Part shown: positions 8,879-17,951 of the stretch, in pieces
How positions within the stretch are numbered: the first letter of the stretch is position 1
Layout: each line of letters starts with the position of its first letter
DNA from: Gammaproteobacteria bacterium
Lineage (GTDB): Bacteria; Pseudomonadota; Gammaproteobacteria; Eutrophobiales; Eutrophobiaceae
Reading direction: 5' to 3'
DNA length: 64,000 nt
Assembly (NCBI GenBank): GCA_016179185.1
Contig: JACORW010000018.1
Span: forward strand, 5,227 to 69,226
Made by a program: the position numbers and the translations under genes
Notes under the pieces: model-generated
Seen by the model: the letters and a program-made list of their open reading frames with translations, nothing else
Told to the model about the DNA's origin: nothing
Database searches by the model: none

Positions 8879-9796
8879 ATGAACGATCCGTATTTGCTGC
8901 ACATATTCAATCCCACGAAGAACGTGAGCCCTTTTGACGTCAACATGGCTTACGAGGCCGCGTTCAACGGCGTGATTCCGTACTCCAACGTGACGTTGGA
9001 GGAGATCCATGGACTGACCCAGGACACCATCTTCTCCCGCGGCCCCACCGGCGTGAAGCGCACCGGGATATTCATCGGCGGCAGGGAATTCGGCCTCGCC
9101 ATGGACATGCTGCAGCGGGCGCGGGCGGCCATGGTCCCGCCGTTCGAGGTGTCGGTATTTGTCGATCCAAGCGGAGCCATCACCACGGCAGCCGCGCTGA
9201 TGGCCTGTATCGAAGCCGCAATCAAGAAAGTGTCACAGGGAGATCTGAGGGGCAGGAAGGTGCATATCTTCGGCGGGACCGGCCCGGTGGGGGTATGCGC
9301 GGGGATCCTGGCGGACAGTTGCGGCGCCGAGGTGTATCTCGCCAGCCAGCGCGGCCAGTCGGTGGCGCAGGAGGTCGCCGACGAATACAACCACCGCTTC
9401 GATGTGAACATGCACGGCACAAGCAGCAGCTCGGACGCGGAAATCCGGAATATCGTCAGTGACACCGACGTCATCGTCGGTTCCGCCAAGGCCGGCGTGC
9501 GGGTTGTGACGCAGTCTCAGTTGGAACAGGCGAAAAACCTGCTGGTTGCCGCGGACGTCAACGCGGTACCGCCCGCCGGTATCGAAGGCGTCGGTGTGCA
9601 TGACATGGGCAAGCCGCTCGAGTTCACGCCCGGCAAGGCGCTGGGGATCGGCGCGCTGGCCATCGGCAACATCAAATACAAGGTGCATTACCGGATGTTC
9701 GAATTGATGAAGGGTTCCGAAAAGCCTCTGTACCTCGATCACGTGCAGGCATTTGAAAGCGCGCGCGAGCTCGCCGGGAAGAAACTGCATGGGTGA
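8879..9796 (+). CDS. mtdB: NAD(P)-dependent methylene-H4MPT dehydrogenase
   Basis: SPFDVNMAYEA, DTIFSRGP, MVPPFEVSVFVDPSGAITTAAA, GGTGPVG and DVNAVPP. Confidence 0.9.
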   Translation: MNDPYLLHIFNPTKNVSPFDVNMAYEAAFNGVIPYSNVTLEEIHGLTQDTIFSRGPTGVKRTGIFIGGREFGLAMDMLQRARAAMVPPFEVSVFVDPSGAITTAAALMACIEAAIKKVSQGDLRGRKVHIFGGTGPVGVCAGILADSCGAEVYLASQRGQSVAQEVADEYNHRFDVNMHGTSSSSDAEIRNIVSDTDVIVGSAKAGVRVVTQSQLEQAKNLLVAADVNAVPPAGIEGVGVHDMGKPLEFTPGKALGIGALAIGNIKYKVHYRMFELMKGSEKPLYLDHVQAFESARELAGKKLHG

Positions 9797-10781
9797 GATC
9801 CCGTCAAGAACCTGGCCCAGCGTCAGCACGCTGACCGCGCCGCTCGTGGAGGGCCTGATCGCCCGGCGCGGCGATCTGGATCTGGGTGTTTTCAAGCCGG
9901 ATCAAAAGGCCACGGTCATTGATGCGGGCATCGAACGGCCGGGTGGGCTGGAGGCGGGGCGTCGCATCGCGGAAATCTGTCTCGGCGGCCTTGGGTCAGT
10001 GCGCTTTCGCTCCGCGTCCAGCCCGGGCCCGTGGAACTGGTGGGTGGACGTGCATGCCGGCAGCCCGGTTCTGGCGTGCCTTGGCAGCCAATACGCGGGG
10101 TGGAGTCTGTCCCATGGTGAGGGGAAGAGCGGATTTCGCGCCCTGGGATCCGGTCCCGGCCGGGCTGTGGGAAGCGGCGAGGAACTGTTTGAAGAGTTGG
10201 GATACCGCGACCGTGCCGACGGCACGGTGTTGATTCTCGAGGTGGACAAGCCGCCTCCGGCGGGACTCGTGGAAGAAATATCTGAAAAATGCGGCATTTA
10301 CGAGGACAATCTAACGTTTATTCTTACACCCACTTCCAGCCTGGCCGGTGTCGTGCAGATCGTTGCGCGCGTGCTGGAAACGGCGCTTCACAAGGCACAC
10401 GCCCTCAAGTTTCCGTTGGCGGCGATCATTGATGGTGCGGGAAGTGCGCCGCTGTGCCCTCCGGCGCCGGACTTGCTGACCGCCATGAGCCGGACCAACG
10501 ATGCAATCCTGTTCGCCGGGCAGGTTCATCTGTTTGTGCGCGCGGAAGATCCCGAGGCGGAGGCGCTTGCGCAGCGGCTTCCCAGCAGCGCGTCGCCGGA
10601 TTTCGGGCGGCCCTTCGGCGAAGTCTTCAAGCGCGCAAATTTCGACTTTTACAAGATTGACCCGCTGCTGTTCAGTCCGGCGTGTGTCACCGTGACCAAC
10701 CTGCGATCGGGAACGTCTTTTCACGCCGGGAAGATCCATTCCGAACTGCTCAACGAGTCCTTTTTCGGCAAGTTCGGCTGA
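9789..10781 (+). CDS. mch: Methenyl-H4MPT cyclohydrolase
   Basis: ACLGSQYAGW, LGSGPGRA, QIVARVLETALHKAH, MSRTNDAIL and DFYKIDPLLFSPA. Confidence 0.95.
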   Translation: MGEIPSRTWPSVSTLTAPLVEGLIARRGDLDLGVFKPDQKATVIDAGIERPGGLEAGRRIAEICLGGLGSVRFRSASSPGPWNWWVDVHAGSPVLACLGSQYAGWSLSHGEGKSGFRALGSGPGRAVGSGEELFEELGYRDRADGTVLILEVDKPPPAGLVEEISEKCGIYEDNLTFILTPTSSLAGVVQIVARVLETALHKAHALKFPLAAIIDGAGSAPLCPPAPDLLTAMSRTNDAILFAGQVHLFVRAEDPEAEALAQRLPSSASPDFGRPFGEVFKRANFDFYKIDPLLFSPACVTVTNLRSGTSFHAGKIHSELLNESFFGKFG

Positions 10782-10817
10782 AGAATCACCCGGCCTGCCG
10801 CACCGGCCGGCTTGCGA

Positions 10818-11684
10818 ATGCGCCAACAGAGCCCGTGGACACAGGAAGCCCTGGAACGGGCGGTTCTTGAGAGTCTGCTCGGCGAAATCAACGCCCTGAA
10901 GCCGGGCAATGTGCATCGGTTTTCCGGCGGGCATGGCATGCGCTACGAGGACTTTCTCGTCAGCGCGCAAGCGGTCGTTCCCATTCTTTGCAGTACGGAT
11001 CTGACCCTGGGCGAACGCTGTCTCGAAGCCGTGCTCGCCACGCGCAAGGCGGTCTGCGCCAACACAAATCTGGGCATAGTGTTGCTGTTTGCGCCGATAA
11101 TTTGTGCGGCGCAACAGGGCGATTCGCCGTCTGGCTTCAGAACCCGGATCCGAAAGGTGATCTCCGCCGCAGATCATGACGATACGGTGCTGATTTACCG
11201 GGCAATTGCCGTTGCCGAGCCAGGCGGGTTGGGGCGGGTGCCGGTCCATGACGTCCACGCTGAGCCGGACTGTTCCCTGCTGGAGGCCATGTCGGCGGCA
11301 GAAGACAGGGACCGCGTTGCGAGTCAGTACACAAACGCCTGCGCGGACCTTTTTGCCGTGGGTTTGCCGGCCCTCAAAGGGTATGTGCGGCGCGGTATTG
11401 GTGTAGAATGGGCCGCAGTTGGCTGCTATCTGCGTTTTCTTGCCTGCTTCCCGGATTCCCACATCCGGCGCAAGCACGGTGCGGAAGTGGCACGGCAGGT
11501 CAGCCAGCGTGCGGAAGCGACGCTGGCCGAGTTGGAACAACATAACGATCCCAGCACCATGACCGGTCAGTTGCTGGGACTAGACAGGGAATGGAAGGAC
11601 TCAGGCATTAATCCAGGCACCAGCGCCGATCTGACCGCGGCAAGCCTGTTGCTGTATCACCTGGGAGTGGAGGATTTCGGCTGA
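10818..11684 (+). CDS. CitG-family triphosphoribosyl-dephospho-CoA synthase-like protein (orf7 of H4MPT clusters)
   Basis: EINALKPGNVH, NTNLGIVLL, PDSHIRRKHG and INPGTSADL. Confidence 0.88.
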   Translation: MRQQSPWTQEALERAVLESLLGEINALKPGNVHRFSGGHGMRYEDFLVSAQAVVPILCSTDLTLGERCLEAVLATRKAVCANTNLGIVLLFAPIICAAQQGDSPSGFRTRIRKVISAADHDDTVLIYRAIAVAEPGGLGRVPVHDVHAEPDCSLLEAMSAAEDRDRVASQYTNACADLFAVGLPALKGYVRRGIGVEWAAVGCYLRFLACFPDSHIRRKHGAEVARQVSQRAEATLAELEQHNDPSTMTGQLLGLDREWKDSGINPGTSADLTAASLLLYHLGVEDFG

Positions 11685-11799
11685 TTGGGGATGCCGGTGC
11701 ATCCTGACGATCGCCCGGCCGCGCGACGCGCGGCGGCGAATGGTGGGATTGCACGGTAACAGTTTCAGCGTTGCATAATCTAAACAGGAGGAGAAGCAA

Positions 11800-12312
11800 A
11801 TGGCAGTCATCGATCGAGTACTTGTAGGCGAATCGCTGGTTGGCGACGGCAATGAAGTCGCGCACATCGACCTGATCATGGGACCGCGCGGCAGCGCCGC
11901 CGAAACCGGATTCTGCAATGCACTGGTCAACAATAAGGACGGTTTCACGACCTTGCTGGCCGTGGTCGCACCGAATCTGGCGTGCAAGCCGAATACGGTC
12001 CTGTTCAACAAGGTAACCATCAAGGGCGCCAAGCAGGCGGTGCAGATGTTCGGACCCGCGCAGCGCGCAGTCTCCATGGCCGTCATGGATTGCGTCAAGG
12101 ACGGCACCATTCCGGCCAATGAGGCGGACGACATTTTCATCTGCGTCGGCGTATTCATTCACTGGCTGGCGGCGGATGACAAGAAAATCCAGGACTACAA
12201 CTATCAGGCGGTAAAGGAGTCCATCCAGCGCGCCGTGAAACGTGAGCCGAAGTCCGCGGAAGTGCTGAGCAAGCGCGGCAGCGCCAACCACCCGTTCCAG
12301 GCGCATGCGTGA
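11800..12312 (+). CDS. fae: Formaldehyde-activating enzyme
   Basis: [37 protein letters not shown] and VGVFIHW; strong AGGAGGAG RBS. Confidence 0.97.
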   Translation: MAVIDRVLVGESLVGDGNEVAHIDLIMGPRGSAAETGFCNALVNNKDGFTTLLAVVAPNLACKPNTVLFNKVTIKGAKQAVQMFGPAQRAVSMAVMDCVKDGTIPANEADDIFICVGVFIHWLAADDKKIQDYNYQAVKESIQRAVKREPKSAEVLSKRGSANHPFQAHA

Positions 12313-12537
12313 GGCAGCTACAAGTCACAAGTTATAAGTCACAAGAAAACACAAAAAAACAACAAAAAGGTTTTTGACGGTTGGTACACACACGCCAACC
12401 AACAACACACCCCGGCTCAGGCCGGGGTTTTTTTTGGAAAGGCAGCTACATGCGACAAGCCACAAGCTACAAGCTACAAGAAAGTGGCCGCGGAATTTCA
12501 TTTGAGTTCTTGTTGCTTGTTGCTTGTAGCTTGTAGC
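12313..12537. repeat. Heptamer (GCNACAA-type) tandem arrays, partly inverted
   Basis: Forward units at 12317-12344 and 12445-12479; reverse units (TTGTWGC x4) at 12510-12537. Confidence 0.85.
12409..12435 (+). terminator. Rho-independent terminator of fae
   Basis: ACCCCGGC-TCAG-GCCGGGGT stem-loop followed by a T-run. Confidence 0.88.
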
Positions 12538-13202
12538 TGAATCAACGTGCCCGTGTGCAGGGCTGTGGCCACCAGCGCGCCGCGGATCCCGCGCGCCGCT
12601 GCCAGTTCCAGGTCCGATGCGTTGCACACCCCGCCGGCGATGTGAAAGGCGCGATCCGGCGCGCGCGCCAGGATCTCGTCAATGATCGGCCAAGCGGGGC
12701 CGGCGGATGTGCCGACGCTGGGAAGGTGCATGATGATGATGTCCCGCGGCCAGCAGCCGGGACTCTGCAGGACCGCGGGATCACCGAGGAAGCCACGTGC
12801 CGAAAAATCCAGCGACAGCACATAATCGGCGCCGGCCGCGGCCAGAGCGCGGAGCGCGGTTGCGTCCACACCGGTCTCCGTGCCGATGACGGTCCGGCAG
12901 CCGGGACCGGATGCGCCCGAACGCCGGTGGCCGGAATCCACCCAGAAACAGACGCCCGGAAAGCGCCGATGCAGTTGCAACAGCTCCCGATCGTGGTCGC
13001 CGCGCGCAAGTATGGCGCCCAGATCGGCGACATAGACGATCCTGAACGTGTGCAACCGCATCAGCGCGGAGATCACTTCAATGGGTTCCGCCGATCGGCA
13101 AAGTGTGGACTGTAACGGGAGATACCTGGCGCGATCTCCGCCGCGGGCATGGACGACCTGCCCGTCCAGAAGGTCAATCGCGGGTATAATTGAAATATTC
13201 AA
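12498..13202 (-). CDS. HisA/HisF-related TIM-barrel protein (orf17 of H4MPT clusters)
   Basis: IIPAIDLLDGQVVHARGGDRARY, YVADLGAI, IAGGV and LVATALHTG. Confidence 0.88.
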   Translation of the reverse strand: MNISIIPAIDLLDGQVVHARGGDRARYLPLQSTLCRSAEPIEVISALMRLHTFRIVYVADLGAILARGDHDRELLQLHRRFPGVCFWVDSGHRRSGASGPGCRTVIGTETGVDATALRALAAAGADYVLSLDFSARGFLGDPAVLQSPGCWPRDIIIMHLPSVGTSAGPAWPIIDEILARAPDRAFHIAGGVCNASDLELAAARGIRGALVATALHTGTLIQLQATSNKQQELK

Positions 13203-13247
13203 CCGTTATTCCTCCTCAACCCGCAGGATCGCATCCGGTTTCTCCCC

Positions 13248-14303
13248 GTGACCACGAGACATTGTTTCGGCTGGGACATCGGCGGCGCACATCTGAAAGT
13301 TGCCGAGCTCGCGCCTGACGGCGCCGTGGTATCGGCGGCGCAGTATGCCACACCGCTATGGAACGGCCTGCAGAGCCTCGATGGCTGTCTGTCGGGCGTC
13401 AGCCGCGCCCGTTCCACGCCGGACGTGCGGCACGCGGTAACGATGACCGGGGAACTGGTGGATTTTTTTACCGGTCGGCAGGCGGGCGTCACGGCGCTGC
13501 TGGAGGCGTTCGTCAGGCATTTTCCCGAGGAGCACACCGTGGTGTTCGGCGGGCCGCTGGGATTTCTGCCCGTTTCCGCGGCGCGCGCCGCGCCGGACAA
13601 CGTGGCGTCGGCGAACTGGCTCGCCACGACGCTGTGCGCCGCGGGGCGCATTGAGCGTGGCGTGCTGGTGGACGTCGGCAGTACGACCACTGACATCGTC
13701 CCGTTTGCCGCGCACCAGCCGTGTAATCGCGGCTGGAACGACCAGGAGCGGCTGTCCTGCGATGAGCTGGTCTACACGGGTATTGTACGCACGCCCGTCA
13801 TGGCGCTGGTTCAGCGCGTGCCGTTCGCCGGCCGCTGGCAGAACATTGCGGCGGAATTTTTTGCGACCGCCGCCGATGTGTACCGGATCACCGGGGAACT
13901 GGACGACGCGGCGGACCTGCACGAATCCGCCGATCGCCGCGGCAAGTCGGTGGCGGAAAGCATTGCGCGACTGGCACGCATGCTGGGCGCGGAAGCCCGT
14001 GCCGGCGCGGAAGAAGCCGGCCGCTGGCGGCAAGTGGCCGAACACATCGCGGCGGTGCAACTGCGCATAATCGAGCGCGCCTTCACCGGCGTGCTGTCAA
14101 GTCTTGGGGCCGGATTGCCGGTGACGGTGGTTGGCGCCGGCTCCGGCTCGTTCCTGGCACGCAAACTCGCACAGCGCCACGGCTGCGGCTATGTATCATT
14201 CCCGGCACTGTTTGAGAGCTCGGCAGTTGCGCCCGAAGCGGTTGCAACCTGTGCGCCTGCGATTGCGGTGGCGGAACTCGCGCGGCGTGCGCGGCTGCAA
14301 TGA
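13248..14303 (+). CDS. Hydantoinase/oxoprolinase-like H4MPT-linked protein (orf9, MfnF-like)
   Basis: GWDIGGAHLK, AVTMTGELVD, ASANW, DVGSTTTDI and ELVYTGIVRTP. Confidence 0.88.
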   Translation: MTTRHCFGWDIGGAHLKVAELAPDGAVVSAAQYATPLWNGLQSLDGCLSGVSRARSTPDVRHAVTMTGELVDFFTGRQAGVTALLEAFVRHFPEEHTVVFGGPLGFLPVSAARAAPDNVASANWLATTLCAAGRIERGVLVDVGSTTTDIVPFAAHQPCNRGWNDQERLSCDELVYTGIVRTPVMALVQRVPFAGRWQNIAAEFFATAADVYRITGELDDAADLHESADRRGKSVAESIARLARMLGAEARAGAEEAGRWRQVAEHIAAVQLRIIERAFTGVLSSLGAGLPVTVVGAGSGSFLARKLAQRHGCGYVSFPALFESSAVAPEAVATCAPAIAVAELARRARLQ

Positions 14304-15676
14304 AAATCGCCGAGCTGCCTTACCGGCGCAATTCCGCGGAGCTGTTTGAGGCAATCTGCGGCGAGCCGTGGAGCATTTTCCTTGACAGCGGATATCCGCT
14401 CATTGATTCGGGCCGGTATGACATCCTGGCCGCGCGCCCGTATCTGACGATTACCACCAACGGGGCAGCGACGACGATCCGCGGCGGCGGCGTCAGCGAA
14501 TCCCCGGCCGATCCTTTCGCGCTGGTGCGCGAGCACCTCGGTGATCAGGCCGAGAACCGCTCCGGTATCCCGTTTTGCGGCGGGGCGATGGGTTACTTCG
14601 CTTACGACCTGGGCCGCCGGATAGAGAAGCTGCCCGCAAGGCTGGCGCGGGACGTCAGCCTGCCCGACATGGCCGTAGGCCTGTACGACTGGGCGGTGGT
14701 CGTGGATCACCACATGCGCCGCACCTGGCTTGTAGCCCAGGGCCGGTGCCCGGCGACGGAGCGGGACTGGCCCGGGCTGGAACGCATGTTCGGCGCAGCG
14801 TCGCAGACGCGCCTGCCGCGTTACACGGTGCGCGGCGACATCCTGTGCAACATGACCCGCGAAGATTACGCGCAGGCGTTCGGGCGCATCTGCCATTACA
14901 TCCGGGAAGGCGACTGCTACCAGGTAAATCTGGCCCAGCGCTTCGAGATTGAGGTCAGCGGCGACCCGTGGGACGTTTACCTCGACATGCGCCGGCACAA
15001 CCCGGCGCCTTTTGCCGCATTTTTGCGATTGCCGGAAGGTGCGGTGTTGTCATCCTCGCCCGAACGCTTTCTGCAGGTCACTAACGGCAACGTCGAGACC
15101 AAGCCTATCAAGGGCACAATCCGGCGCTCGAAATTTGCCTATGAGGACAAGGCGCTCGCTGCGCAATTGCTGGAAAGCGAGAAGGATCGCGCCGAGAATC
15201 TGATGATCGTGGATCTGCTGCGCAATGATCTCGGAAAGAACTGCCGGATCGGCAGCGTGGCGGTGCCGAAGCTGTTTGCGCTGGAGAGTTTTGCAAACGT
15301 GCATCACCTGGTCAGCACCGTCACCGGCACGCTGGCGGAGGGCCGGCAGGCGTTGGACCTGCTGCGGGGCTGTTTCCCGGGTGGTTCCATCACCGGTGCG
15401 CCGAAGCTGCGTGCCATGGAGATCATCGAGGAACTGGAGCCGCACCGGCGCAACGTCTATTGCGGCGCCATCGGTTACGTGGGTTTTGACGGCAACATGG
15501 ACACCAACATCGTCATCCGAACCGCGATCACCCAGGGTGACCGTTACCTGTACTGGGCCGGCGGCGGGATCGTTGCGGACTCGGATCTGAACGGAGAGTA
15601 TGAAGAGTCCTTCGCCAAGGCGCAGGCGGTGCTGAGTCTGTTCGGCCGCGGTCTGGCGCGCAATGTGGGTAGTTAA
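14300..15676 (+). CDS. pabB: Aminodeoxychorismate synthase component I
   Basis: GDCYQVNLAQRF, SSSPERFL, PIKGT, EKDRAENLMIVDLLRND and FPGGSITGAPK; sits in an H4MPT biosynthesis cluster. Confidence 0.9.
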   Translation: MKIAELPYRRNSAELFEAICGEPWSIFLDSGYPLIDSGRYDILAARPYLTITTNGAATTIRGGGVSESPADPFALVREHLGDQAENRSGIPFCGGAMGYFAYDLGRRIEKLPARLARDVSLPDMAVGLYDWAVVVDHHMRRTWLVAQGRCPATERDWPGLERMFGAASQTRLPRYTVRGDILCNMTREDYAQAFGRICHYIREGDCYQVNLAQRFEIEVSGDPWDVYLDMRRHNPAPFAAFLRLPEGAVLSSSPERFLQVTNGNVETKPIKGTIRRSKFAYEDKALAAQLLESEKDRAENLMIVDLLRNDLGKNCRIGSVAVPKLFALESFANVHHLVSTVTGTLAEGRQALDLLRGCFPGGSITGAPKLRAMEIIEELEPHRRNVYCGAIGYVGFDGNMDTNIVIRTAITQGDRYLYWAGGGIVADSDLNGEYEESFAKAQAVLSLFGRGLARNVGS

Positions 15677-16319
15677 GCTCGGCGGCAGCCTGCTTACGTC
15701 CCCATGGCTGCGGCTTTGGGTGGACGTGCTGGCGGATCACGGCGCGGGCCGCGTGGTCGTTGTCCCCGGGGGAGGCCCGTTCGCCGACGCCGTACGAATG
15801 ACGCAGCAGCGCTGGGGAATCGATGATGCCGCGGCCCATCACTTGGCGTTGGTTGCCATGGAGCAGCACGCGCGGATCCTCTGTTCCTGGCGCCGTGAAC
15901 TCGTGCCGCAGCATAACATTGAGGGGATCGCCGCCGTCGCTCGGCAAGGGCGCGTGCCCGTATGGTTCGCCGCTTCCGAAGTGCTGGACGCGAACATACC
16001 CGCATCCTGGGACGTGACATCCGACAGCCTGGCCGCATGGCTGGCAGGTCGGCTCGGCGCGGAGGCAGTCGTGCTGGTCAAGACGCCGCGGCTGGGCGCA
16101 CCGGCCGCCATGCCGGAATTAATACGGGAAGGGAAATTGGACCAATGGTTCGCCAAGGCGCTGGCGGGCTTCAATGGTCGCGTTTCCTGGCTGGCCCATG
16201 GCGAATCCTCGGCCATGGCCGCCGGATTGCGCTCGGGCAGCCTGCCCGGCGTCGAAATCCGGCCGCAATCCGGATCCCTGAAAAAGATGCGGACCCGCGA
16301 GGGGCCCGCACCGGAATAA
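15663..16319 (+). CDS. Amino-acid-kinase-fold protein (orf21, MfnE-like)
   Basis: VVKLGGSL, VPGGGPFADAVR and SWDVTSDSLAAWLA. Confidence 0.88.
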   Translation: MWVVKLGGSLLTSPWLRLWVDVLADHGAGRVVVVPGGGPFADAVRMTQQRWGIDDAAAHHLALVAMEQHARILCSWRRELVPQHNIEGIAAVARQGRVPVWFAASEVLDANIPASWDVTSDSLAAWLAGRLGAEAVVLVKTPRLGAPAAMPELIREGKLDQWFAKALAGFNGRVSWLAHGESSAMAAGLRSGSLPGVEIRPQSGSLKKMRTREGPAPE

Positions 16320-16399
16320 AAGGCCTGGCATCCGGAAGAGGCTGGAGATACCAGGCAAGAGCCGAATTCCGTTTCGGCTTCCCCGCTAAGCTATTTGCG

Positions 16400-16693
16400 T
16401 CAATAGGGAGATTTTATTTTCTCCACCACAAATACATTTTCTTCCTCGAACTCAATCTCCTGACCTTCGTACTTGTGAATATCGGAAACCAGGGACGGTT
16501 GTACTATCCCGCTCAATTTCCCCGGCGCGCATCTGGTGACCATTACGCGAAATAATTGATCGGGTTTCGCGCGAAGATATGCAAAGTCATTGGGCTCGAT
16601 AGCACGCTCCGGCGGTTTCCGTCGCGACGTCCCGGAAGACGCGACTGACGGTCCACCGGCATTCCTGCACACCAAATTGAGTTGGGGTCTCAT
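16400..16693 (-). CDS. Small hypothetical protein
   Basis: 97-aa ORF starting 5 nt after the nrdB stop on the same strand; the AT-richer C-terminal half looks protein-like; no family recognised. Confidence 0.35.
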   Translation of the reverse strand: MRPQLNLVCRNAGGPSVASSGTSRRKPPERAIEPNDFAYLRAKPDQLFRVMVTRCAPGKLSGIVQPSLVSDIHKYEGQEIEFEEENVFVVEKIKSPY

Positions 16694-16697
16694 CGCG

Positions 16698-17915
16698 TCA
16701 GTCCCAGTTCAAGGCGCCACCGGTCTGGTACTCGGTGACGCGCGTTTCAAAGAAATTCTTCTCCTTCTTGAGGTCCATCAGTTCGCTCATCCACGGGAAC
16801 GGATTGGTGGCGCCGGGGTACTGCTCCGGCAGGCCGATCTGCGCGCAGCGGCGGTTGGCGATGAACCGGAGGTATTCCTCGAACATCTTCGCGTTCAGCC
16901 CCAGCACGCCGCGCGGCATCGTGTCCGCGGCATATCGCGATTCCAGTTCCACGGCCTCGCGCAGCATGCCGATGACCTCCTGCTGGAACGCGGCGGTCCA
17001 CAGTTGCGGATTTTCAATCTTGATCTGGTTGATGACGTCTATGCCGAAATTCATGTGCATGGACTCATCCCGCAGGATGTACTGGAACTGTTCGGCGCAG
17101 CCGGTCATCTTGTTGCGCCGGCCCATGGACAACACCTGCACGAAGCCGACATAGAAGAAGATGCCTTCGAACACGATGTAGAACGCGATCAGATCGCGCA
17201 GCAGGCGCTGGTCGTTCTCCGGCGTGCCGGTGTGAAAATCTGGATCCCCGAGGCTTTGGGTGAAGCGCATCGCCCATGCGGCCTTGTCGTGGATGGATGG
17301 GACCTCCCGATACATGTTGTATACTTCGGCTTCATCGAGCCCCAGGGATTCGACGCAATACTGGTAGGCATGCGTGTGCAGCGCCTCCTCGAATGCCTGC
17401 CGCAGCAGGTACTGACGGCACTCGGGGTTGGTGATGTGGCGGTACACGGCCAGCACCAGATTGTTGGCAACCAGGGAATCCGCCGAGGCGAAGAATCCGA
17501 GGTTGCGCTTGATGATGGTGCGCTCGTCCGCGCCCAGCCCGTCCGGGCGGCGCCACAGCGCTATGTCCGCGGTCATGTTGATTTCCTGCGGCATCCAGTG
17601 GTTCGCGCAGGCGTCCAGGTATTTCTGCCAGGCCCACTTGTACTTGAACGGCACGAGCTGATTGAGATCGGCGCGGCAGTTGATCATGCGTTTGTCGTCC
17701 ACGGTGATCCGCGCCGCGCCAAACTCCACGTTTTCCAGTCCGGTGACGCCCTGCTGTCCGCCGTTGCGGGAATCCGGTTGCGGCGCGGCTACTGGTGCCG
17801 GCGCGGGCGCCGGCGGACTGTTCAGGGCGGCCGCCACCGCCAGCATCGGCTCCGGCGCCGCGCTCCTGACGGAGCGTCGTGCGCTGCTGATCGGATCTTC
17901 CCAGTTGGTCACCAT
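16698..17915 (-). CDS. nrdB: Ribonucleotide reductase class Ia beta subunit
   Basis: [22 protein letters not shown] (radical Tyr), EGIFFY, RDESMH and EKNFFETRV. Confidence 0.96.
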   Translation of the reverse strand: MVTNWEDPISSARRSVRSAAPEPMLAVAAALNSPPAPAPAPVAAPQPDSRNGGQQGVTGLENVEFGAARITVDDKRMINCRADLNQLVPFKYKWAWQKYLDACANHWMPQEINMTADIALWRRPDGLGADERTIIKRNLGFFASADSLVANNLVLAVYRHITNPECRQYLLRQAFEEALHTHAYQYCVESLGLDEAEVYNMYREVPSIHDKAAWAMRFTQSLGDPDFHTGTPENDQRLLRDLIAFYIVFEGIFFYVGFVQVLSMGRRNKMTGCAEQFQYILRDESMHMNFGIDVINQIKIENPQLWTAAFQQEVIGMLREAVELESRYAADTMPRGVLGLNAKMFEEYLRFIANRRCAQIGLPEQYPGATNPFPWMSELMDLKKEKNFFETRVTEYQTGGALNWD

Positions 17916-17951
17916 GGATTCCCCCTTGTTGGAATTGTCCTGGCGCGCGCC

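Noticed and set aside
12313-12537. CRISPR array interpretation of the heptamer repeats (also 57162-57723)
   Set aside because: The units are 7 nt with no unique spacers, and there are no cas genes
12325-12627. 100-aa ORF with LVACSLWLVACS repeats (also 57079-57276 and 57461-57706)
   Set aside because: These are translation artefacts of the heptamer arrays
14300-15676. Anthranilate synthase TrpE call
   Set aside because: The PIKGT motif and the H4MPT context favour PabB
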